From the IMG/VR virus record IMGVR_UViG_3300008108_000016, positions 1 through 64,000 of that record: a stretch of 64,000 nucleotides of DNA; one strand, written 5' to 3'. The notes beneath the pieces are model-generated. The model ran no database searches, was not told the origin of the DNA, and saw only the letters and a program-made list of their open reading frames with translations. The position numbers and the translations under genes are program-made. The DNA is from a virus. Of the stretch, positions 56,839 to 64,000 are shown in pieces; positions within the stretch are counted from its first letter, which is position 1, and each line of letters opens with the position of its first letter.

Positions 56839-59800
56839 TATACAAATTTAACTTTACCATTATATGTTTTATTACTTACATTCACATTAACATCTGAATA
56901 TAAATTTTTTAATCTATTCTTTTTCTGTAAATTATTACCAATGTTATCGGTTGTATAAGAAACTTTAGTATCAAATTCAGTTATAGTAAAAGTTTCAAAT
57001 TGTTTATATACTTCACCTTTTTCTATGTCATCAAATTTTTTAATTTCGGCATCATGTTCTTTTTTGTGTTGCAATTTAATTTCCTCACAAGTTTGTTTTA
57101 TCGCCTCAATTAAACTTTGATTATCTTTAACTTTATCAACAGAAGTTATTGAATCAACAAATGTATTATATTTATTATCATCTGTAAAAATTGAAGACAT
57201 AACCATATAGAATCTGTTATTAGCATTTATAGAAATATTGGTTGACGTATCAACAGGAACAAAAAGATTATTTTTTTCATTATAAACATTAGTATTAAAT
57301 ATCATTCCATTTAAAAATGAAATATCGTACCCAAGCAAAGCTCCACCAACATCAGTAATGTAAGTGTTTCGTATTTCGTTAATAACACTATCACCACTTA
57401 TCAACGTATAAACTTTATAATCTCCACCACCTAATTTAATACCATCAAAACTATCAGATATCACATCCATTTTTCTTAATGTGTAATTATAGTTTTCTTG
57501 ATATGATGTCATTGTGTTAAGTGGGGTAATAATAGTTAAATTTATCTCTTCTTGCATTTTTGCAACTTCTTCTTGTATCTTTGTTTCTAAATTTCTAATT
57601 TGTGCGTTTGTAGCATTATTCTGTGTTTTATATTTATCTTTATTTGATGTTATTGGATCATTATTTAATTTTACATCATCTAATGTTGCTTCTATCAAAC
57701 TTTTAACTCTTTTTTCAATAGAATTAGATTTACCATAAAGTGGTATGTTAGGTTGAGAATCGTTATACTCACTTATTTCACCTGTTGAAAAGTCTCTATC
57801 CAAATAAGCCAATCCCATAATACCATAATTTGTGGTATTTGTTATTGTTTTCAACTGATTGAATATTGTTTTAAAATAGTTTTGTGTTCCGTTTGATAAT
57901 TCGGTTATTAATGATTTATATTCTATCTCACCAGTTTCAAAAGATCCGTCATTTTGAAGATTTGTAGATAATATCGTACCTACAGTACCTCCTCCAATTT
58001 GTGGTTGTTGATTATTTTCCTGATTAGTCGTTACGGGAGCAATTGTTGTACTACCACCTTTTACTATTTTTTCAACCAATTGAGCGTCTCTTTCGCTAGT
58101 ATCTTCAGTTGCAATAGATCTTTCATCATATATTTCAGTATTACCATAATAATTAAATGATAATGCGTTTTGTAATTCTTTAACCGGACCAGCTAATCCG
58201 TGTCCACCAATAAAATCAAAATTTAAAGTTATTTTTGCAATCATTGGTTGTACACCAATTCCTTCAGGATTTATGTCAAAAACTAATGGTTCATAACTTA
58301 TACTCAATGAGTTTGGAACTATTTTAGTATGATAAAAATCACCAATTCTTAATACTAATATTGGTGGAGCACCAAAAGCAGTATTTAACGAATCATTATA
58401 TTTTGGTTTACCATCAGGCCCAATAACAGGTATTGTTTGACCTGGTCTCATACATTGTTGTAAAAACGTTAATCTACTATTTAATCCTTCAGGTGTTGTT
58501 GAGTGGAAAGCCGGACTGAAATATCTAATCTTATCTCTTAAACTATCATATATCATAGGATCTGACTCCTTGATAACATCAAAGTAATCACATTCAGAAA
58601 ATAAATGTCTTAATATTTTTTTAGATATACCATCTTTAACTTTTTGTATTGGATCAGGATTTGGTACAGGTTTAATAGGCGGTATATCCTTATTCAAATT
58701 TGCGTTAGAATCATCTTGAGTTTTATTTTCTTCCTCAACCGTTACATTGTTTTCAATTTTTTCAACAGGTTTTCCAATTGTCGCTATTATCCCATTTATT
58801 TTTACTCTACGACAAGCCATAGCAGGAACAGAATACCATTCTCCACCATTTCTATTAATTGGGCCGTTTGGTGTATTATCTCTAATATTTACACCACAAT
58901 TTATTTTAAATTGAGATCCTCCATCCTTTCCAATAGGACTTACTTCAGCGGTTTCTCCCTGTGGGACTGTCTTTATCATTAGTTTCTGATCTTTTATTAA
59001 TTGATCAAAACTTGTCCCGTCAATGTTTTGTTTTTTAAACCATTTAATAACTGAATCAATTCTTCTATCAGATAAATATTGATTATATTGTACCTCTTGT
59101 ATTGGTGATGCCGACCCAAACATCTCAAGTGTAACTGTACCTTTTTTATCAATAATAATTTCTTTTATTTTTGGTAAAAATTCATTTTTAATTTTTTCAA
59201 AATTATAAATTACCGTATCATCAAAAAATTTCTGTATACCTTCTTTTGTGAATGGTTCAGTGCTTCCTGACGCATAACATTTTTCAGGAGCCTTAGTAAC
59301 ATAAGCACTATCTCTTAAACTAAGATAAAAATTATAATATTGTTCATAATCATAATTTTGGTTTGCACCTTGATTACTATATGCCCCTCTACCAAGTGGT
59401 CCTGCGATTTTCCATTCAGCAGGATCTTGAGGATTCTGTATGTCAGGATTATAATATGGAGAATCATTTTCAAAATAAAATGAATAATTTAAAAATCCGT
59501 TAAGATCTGAACAACTAATTTGTTCTTCAGGTGAAGATTCAATAGTAGTTTGACTATCTGGTTGAGTACCTTGTTGTGTATCGTCACTTCCTCCATTACC
59601 ACCTGCGGTTGGTTCACTCGGTATTTGACTCAATATTATATCCGCCTCTTCTTTTGTGGTTCTCGGATCGTTTAATAATTGTTGATAAGTATATAACTGA
59701 CTTGTTGGTATTGTATTAAACTTTAACGCTAAATCATATATATCATATTTAACACATCCCGCAAAAAATGAATCCATAATTGAGTTAACCTCATCCGCCT

Positions 59801-61928
59801 TTCTACCTTTTAATTGTTGACGAATGATTGTATTCATTACAGATGGGTGATCCACAACTATTTTCCAACTTAAACTACCTGTTCTTTGGGTGTTTTTATA
59901 TGTAAAAATTGGTTCGGGTCTACCTAAAAATGATGTCGGATTCCAATTCGCTCTACTATCTTCACTAAATGAAATATCATATGGTGGGAACCACATTATT
60001 CTACCTCCATTTGGGCCTTTTTCACAAGTCGGTAAATCATCATATCTAAAATTAGGTTCACTTGATGTTCTCCAAGCTAAATTCTCAATTGAGAACATAT
60101 ATTTTTTAACTTTATTATCTATGATGTTTGTTGATCCAGGATTTCTTAATGGTGCAATATTTAAATTGTATGTATTATCAAGAACTGAATTATGGAATTT
60201 TCTTCCTGATATTGTTATACCATCCGTTTTTTGTAAATCCGCATATGTAAAGTATGGTGTATCTTTTTGGAAAACACGACAATATTCTCTACCAACTTCA
60301 AACCCACTAACACCAATCGTATTATCATTAGTTGATGAATCATAATAAGCAATAACTTGAGATCCTTTTGTCATTTCTTTATATCCGTCATTGAATACTT
60401 TAGATACCTGACTTATCGCATTACCAACGTGTTTTAATCTTTTTGCCCCTTGTACATTATCAGCAGCATTAATTATTCTTTGGGTATTATCAAGTATAGA
60501 TCCACCTTTATACTCAATCTCAGTTGATTGATTTTGACTATATTGAGATTCAATAATATTAAATTCATCATCTTTCTCAAATACTTCACCCCCTCTACCA
60601 ACTTTAAATCCCGCATCAGGTTTATATTTAGGTGATGTCCAAACAAATTTACCATCAATACCATCTCCATCTTGAAATGATTTTGCCGCTAAACCAAAGT
60701 TTATCTTTCCTTCATTACCCTCATATAGTTTACCTAATTCATCAGGCCCATAAACAATGGTTGCTTGTTGTTTACCAAACCTATCAACAGCAATTTCATT
60801 TGCGGGTGATGTAATTTGTGATGGTTCAGAAGTAACACTACCAACATAGTATCCTCCACCACCTTCACTTCCCTTGAATAGATTGTTGATTGCACTTGAT
60901 ACTCCTTGAATTAGGTTCTTTTGGTACTGTGGTCTATATAAATTATAATCTAAATTTGCAAATAATATTGATTGTTGACCATTTCCAGTATTTGCTAAAA
61001 ATATCTCTGACGGGTTTCTATATTTATTTAGGATTGGACCTAAAGCTCCACCCGTTAAATTGTTTGCAACATTTAATCCATTTGGTACATTTCCAATTGG
61101 ATCGTCTTCATTAAAATAATCACCAGGTATAAATGAAACAGGGAAATAAGTTCCCGATAATCTATTTGCAAATGATACCGCCGCTAATGCGGGATTTTCA
61201 GGGACAGTAATTTTCCAATTTTTTATAAAAAATGGTTGTTGACCTGTCGCCAATAAACTCGCACTAAATGGATCTGATAATGTATCCAAATTAATTGACC
61301 CTATAGTCAATTGTTCTAATTCGGTTGCTATTCTATCTTCAAAATATCCTTTTAATTGAGCCGCACCAATTTTTGCAAGATATGAATCTTGAGATAGTAA
61401 ACCATCACTTCCATTTGGATTATTACTTGTTAATATTTCATATGGACTATAAACCGATGGGACGAATATTGACGGATCCCAATATGGTAAATAAAATTTA
61501 TTTGATGTAATAACATCAGTTATAATAACCAAATCTTTATAACCAGATTCAGGACCATATTTATTTTGGATATAAGCGGCATCAATATAAAATTCATTAA
61601 CTAAATCCAATATTGTGTCATTAGGATCATAAGGACCTTTATTAGACTCCACAGGGTATGGTGCACCAGGTATTGTATACTTACCAATAAATCCACCATC
61701 GGGTCCGTATTCGTTTAACGGATAAAGTTGTTGTGCAAATTGATTTGTTGAGATATATACATCAGGAGAATCAATTACATTACTATTATTTAATGGTGAA
61801 ACTTCATAGGTAACATTTCCTGCAGGAGGAGTATAAACCCCTTGTACTTGATATGGGGCTAAATTTCTAGCAATTAATGTGTTTCTAAATGATGCCGATG
61901 AAGCAAATGATAATACACTATCTGACAT
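56838..61928 (-). CDS. giant tail-tube initiator-like protein with inserted OmpA-like domain
   Basis: Halves FSE...W...LGRPEP-x-x-TY-x-x-T-x-R and PP-x-LVLRIGD...SLSI-x-Y...P-x-x-A-x-I-x-L-x-F flank an OmpA-like GSAS...YN-x-x-LS-x-RR...GE...RRV. Confidence 0.65.
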   Translation of the reverse strand: MSDSVLSFASSASFRNTLIARNLAPYQVQGVYTPPAGNVTYEVSPLNNSNVIDSPDVYISTNQFAQQLYPLNEYGPDGGFIGKYTIPGAPYPVESNKGPYDPNDTILDLVNEFYIDAAYIQNKYGPESGYKDLVIITDVITSNKFYLPYWDPSIFVPSVYSPYEILTSNNPNGSDGLLSQDSYLAKIGAAQLKGYFEDRIATELEQLTIGSINLDTLSDPFSASLLATGQQPFFIKNWKITVPENPALAAVSFANRLSGTYFPVSFIPGDYFNEDDPIGNVPNGLNVANNLTGGALGPILNKYRNPSEIFLANTGNGQQSILFANLDYNLYRPQYQKNLIQGVSSAINNLFKGSEGGGGYYVGSVTSEPSQITSPANEIAVDRFGKQQATIVYGPDELGKLYEGNEGKINFGLAAKSFQDGDGIDGKFVWTSPKYKPDAGFKVGRGGEVFEKDDEFNIIESQYSQNQSTEIEYKGGSILDNTQRIINAADNVQGAKRLKHVGNAISQVSKVFNDGYKEMTKGSQVIAYYDSSTNDNTIGVSGFEVGREYCRVFQKDTPYFTYADLQKTDGITISGRKFHNSVLDNTYNLNIAPLRNPGSTNIIDNKVKKYMFSIENLAWRTSSEPNFRYDDLPTCEKGPNGGRIMWFPPYDISFSEDSRANWNPTSFLGRPEPIFTYKNTQRTGSLSWKIVVDHPSVMNTIIRQQLKGRKADEVNSIMDSFFAGCVKYDIYDLALKFNTIPTSQLYTYQQLLNDPRTTKEEADIILSQIPSEPTAGGNGGSDDTQQGTQPDSQTTIESSPEEQISCSDLNGFLNYSFYFENDSPYYNPDIQNPQDPAEWKIAGPLGRGAYSNQGANQNYDYEQYYNFYLSLRDSAYVTKAPEKCYASGSTEPFTKEGIQKFFDDTVIYNFEKIKNEFLPKIKEIIIDKKGTVTLEMFGSASPIQEVQYNQYLSDRRIDSVIKWFKKQNIDGTSFDQLIKDQKLMIKTVPQGETAEVSPIGKDGGSQFKINCGVNIRDNTPNGPINRNGGEWYSVPAMACRRVKINGIIATIGKPVEKIENNVTVEEENKTQDDSNANLNKDIPPIKPVPNPDPIQKVKDGISKKILRHLFSECDYFDVIKESDPMIYDSLRDKIRYFSPAFHSTTPEGLNSRLTFLQQCMRPGQTIPVIGPDGKPKYNDSLNTAFGAPPILVLRIGDFYHTKIVPNSLSISYEPLVFDINPEGIGVQPMIAKITLNFDFIGGHGLAGPVKELQNALSFNYYGNTEIYDERSIATEDTSERDAQLVEKIVKGGSTTIAPVTTNQENNQQPQIGGGTVGTILSTNLQNDGSFETGEIEYKSLITELSNGTQNYFKTIFNQLKTITNTTNYGIMGLAYLDRDFSTGEISEYNDSQPNIPLYGKSNSIEKRVKSLIEATLDDVKLNNDPITSNKDKYKTQNNATNAQIRNLETKIQEEVAKMQEEINLTIITPLNTMTSYQENYNYTLRKMDVISDSFDGIKLGGGDYKVYTLISGDSVINEIRNTYITDVGGALLGYDISFLNGMIFNTNVYNEKNNLFVPVDTSTNISINANNRFYMVMSSIFTDDNKYNTFVDSITSVDKVKDNQSLIEAIKQTCEEIKLQHKKEHDAEIKKFDDIEKGEVYKQFETFTITEFDTKVSYTTDNIGNNLQKKNRLKNLYSDVNVNVSNKTYNGKVKFV

Positions 61929-61983
61929 ATAATATCTTTATCTTATAAATACCTAATTTGTATTTTTTTATTGTAAAAAAGTG

Positions 61984-63774
61984 TTATGCTATTAACCCAG
62001 TGTTAATATTTTTAGCGGTCTTAACTATAGCATCCGCATTAATAGGATTTGATGCCCATTCTGTCATTATTTTTGTAACTTCAGCGGACGTTAAATTAGG
62101 CGGTACTTTTGAAAAATCAAAAACGTGAGTTAATTGTATGTTTTGTGCGGTTTCAGTGGCAGTATTTATTCTTGTATTTGTTGATGAAATATTGGTTGCC
62201 GGACTTGTTATTGTATTTGTTGTTGCCGGTGTTGCGGTTGTTGTTCCTAATATATTTGACATATCAGGTAAATAATTTGTAACTCCTTTAATTTTATCAC
62301 CAATACCATTAATAATATTTTGAAACCCGCTTGTATCAATTCCCATAACGGCAGTATCAAGCGTTTCCATTAATTTCTTCATAACATTATCAAAATCTTT
62401 ACTAACCAATTCAGGGGTAACAAATTTTCCTTTTTCAACAGTACTAATGATTGTATCAGTCGCTTCTTTATAACCTTTTTGCGCCGGCACTGATTTTGCA
62501 ACACCATAAGTAATACTCGTCACCAATCTATCAATTGATGTGTTTAATTGAACCAATTGTGATAATTGATTTCTTGCAATTCCTTCCGCGGTTTCTCCTT
62601 GTAGTAATTGTTCGTCTTTTAATGATTTTATCTCATTAGCAGTTAATTGTCCGACTTCTTTTGTAATATATTCACCTGTCCATTCACCTGTCTTTTCATC
62701 AACTTCTCTAACTTGTATTTGTGCTTTTCCACCTTCATCAATCTGAGCCATGCTCGCAATTAATTCTCTATCCTCTTCTTTTATATCAGGGGAGAATTTA
62801 ATTTGTTTTAACTTCATATCAAAATTAGCAGCATTAAGTGCCATTTTCTGAAGTTCACCTCCCGTCATTCCTATTGACTTGGCGATTTCATTCATCTGTC
62901 TTTTTGCTCCAGGTAATATCTCAAATTGTTTTGTCTGCTCATTAAATCTTGTGAACTGTTTTGTCATATCAACAATTTGATTCTGAAGTTCAGTTGGGTC
63001 ATTTTGTGCTAAATCCATTAATCTTAATGGATCCAATAATTCACTTGTTTGAACTCCCAATCTTTGTAAACTAGCAGCAAAATCAATAGCACCTTCAGGA
63101 TCAAATACTTTTTCTGTTATTTCAAATATTTTACCCATATCAATACCTAAACGAGATGCTTGAGCCGCCATTTTCGCAAGACCTTTAACCCCTCCTTCAA
63201 AATTGAATAGGTTCATCTTATCCAAATTTTTAACAACCCCCGCAGAAACACTTCCAACGGTAACACCAGCCTGATTTGCGATTTTAGCAACATCAACCAT
63301 TCTTTCCCCAATTTGAGATATAGGTACTCCAACATCTTGAAAAGATTTTGCCATAACCTTTCCTTCTTGACCTGTTATCTTTGCGGTTGCGGCAAGCTCA
63401 ACAAGTTGGTCATCAGTCAAACTTAAATTAACATTGAATGCATTAACTAAATCTTTATAATCGTCAGTAACATCACTAGCCTTTAAACCTAATTCAAGAT
63501 ATCTCGGTATTGTATCGGCAATTGTTGACGTTAATTCTTGTCCTCTTTTGGAACCAACCCCTAAAACTTGAATTAATTGTGCGGATTTAGCGTCAAGATC
63601 TAATATTGCTCTACCAATTTTTTGTGGGACTGACGCAATTTCACTTACTAAATTATTTAAGATGTTAGTAGGTTTTTCCCAAAATTCACCTAGTTTTTTT
63701 ACCGCATCAAATTGTTCTGGATCATATCCAGATGAAGAATCCGCCTTAACACCACTATCTTGAAAAAACATCAT
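61984..63774 (-). CDS. tape measure protein
   Basis: Alpha-helical Ala/Gln/Lys-rich sequence located between the chaperone and tube-initiator/LysM/hub genes. Confidence 0.7.
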   Translation of the reverse strand: MMFFQDSGVKADSSSGYDPEQFDAVKKLGEFWEKPTNILNNLVSEIASVPQKIGRAILDLDAKSAQLIQVLGVGSKRGQELTSTIADTIPRYLELGLKASDVTDDYKDLVNAFNVNLSLTDDQLVELAATAKITGQEGKVMAKSFQDVGVPISQIGERMVDVAKIANQAGVTVGSVSAGVVKNLDKMNLFNFEGGVKGLAKMAAQASRLGIDMGKIFEITEKVFDPEGAIDFAASLQRLGVQTSELLDPLRLMDLAQNDPTELQNQIVDMTKQFTRFNEQTKQFEILPGAKRQMNEIAKSIGMTGGELQKMALNAANFDMKLKQIKFSPDIKEEDRELIASMAQIDEGGKAQIQVREVDEKTGEWTGEYITKEVGQLTANEIKSLKDEQLLQGETAEGIARNQLSQLVQLNTSIDRLVTSITYGVAKSVPAQKGYKEATDTIISTVEKGKFVTPELVSKDFDNVMKKLMETLDTAVMGIDTSGFQNIINGIGDKIKGVTNYLPDMSNILGTTTATPATTNTITSPATNISSTNTRINTATETAQNIQLTHVFDFSKVPPNLTSAEVTKIMTEWASNPINADAIVKTAKNINTGLIA

Positions 63775-63809
63775 TTGTTATTATTTTATATATTGATAAA
63801 TATCAAATA

Positions 63810-63962
63810 TTATTTTTTATTATCTTCAATAATCTTATCAATAAGATATCTTCTAACATATGTTGGCATAGACAAAAATTCCGAGTATTGTGTTCTCAGA
63901 AATTTTGTCATAAAATAATATTCATCAAGTAGGTTTTTAGAATGATCAGAAGAAAGGCCGAA
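63810..63962 (-). CDS. tail assembly chaperone downstream frame (gpT / T4 gp51-like), probably expressed by frameshift
   Basis: Translated by hand: FGLSSDHSKNLLDEYYFMTKFLRTQYSEFLSMPTYVRRYLIDKIIEDNKK*. It overlaps the end of the upstream ORF, and its first ATG (63911) is 17 codons into this stretch. Confidence 0.6.
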   Translation of the reverse strand, partial: FGLSSDHSKNLLDEYYFMTKFLRTQYSEFLSMPTYVRRYLIDKIIEDNKK

Positions 63963-64000
63963 AAAATTCCACCCCAAAAGTGATATTGGTCATCACTCTT
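63946..64000 (-). CDS. C-terminus of tail assembly chaperone (gpG / T4 gp26-like), partial
   Basis: ...RVMTNITFGVEFFRPFF* running off the window edge, upstream of the tape measure. Confidence 0.55.
   Translation of the reverse strand, partial: RVMTNITFGVEFFRPFF

Noticed and set aside
746-61510. Numerous 60-150-aa ORFs antisense or out-of-frame within long genes (e.g. 746..1042, 5925..6281, 35015..35341, 59890..60345)
   Set aside because: They are shadow ORFs fully overlapping well-supported genes, with no motifs. Several simply mirror PT or Gly repeats.
15144-63774. Bacterial extracellular contractile injection system or tailocin locus
   Set aside because: It is interleaved with phage-type primase, helicase, gp32-like SSB, UvsX-like recombinase and RNR, and has no bacterial housekeeping context.
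15-64000. Alternative genetic code (stop-codon reassignment)
   Set aside because: Genes up to 6.5 kb are open under code 11 and coding density is near complete.

Overview
AT-rich (roughly 30% GC by eye), densely coding segment of a large, probably jumbo-class, tailed dsDNA phage with a contractile (myovirus) tail. It uses the standard genetic code. Two DNA-metabolism blocks are present: Mre11/SbcD-like nuclease, PD-(D/E)XK exonuclease and primase at 1-4.2 kb, and class II RNR, DnaB/gp41-like helicase, 5'-3' exonuclease, RecA/UvsX and gp32-like SSB at 42-49 kb. A lone RuvC-like gene sits at 14.5 kb. These are interleaved with a very large tail/baseplate module: tape measure, tube initiator, LysM/gp53-like, hub, gp25, gp6, gp7/gpI-like and collar-fibre proteins, plus many Cys-rich, Pro-Thr-linked, SprB-like, delta-60 and Gly-rich repeat proteins. 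Highlights: (1) canonical baseplate folds are split or inflated by very large insertions (OmpA-like domain, hydrophobic helices, beta-propeller); (2) a mix-and-match family of Cys-rich modules shares docking-like motifs; (3) a two-class promoter grammar, with TTGACA-N17-TATATT before replication genes and a sense-strand TATTTAT (the reverse complement of the T4 late promoter core) before virion genes; (4) a candidate +1 (or -2) frameshift at UUU_UUU_CGG in the tail-assembly chaperone upstream of the tape measure. Family assignments come from motif recognition by eye, not database searches.
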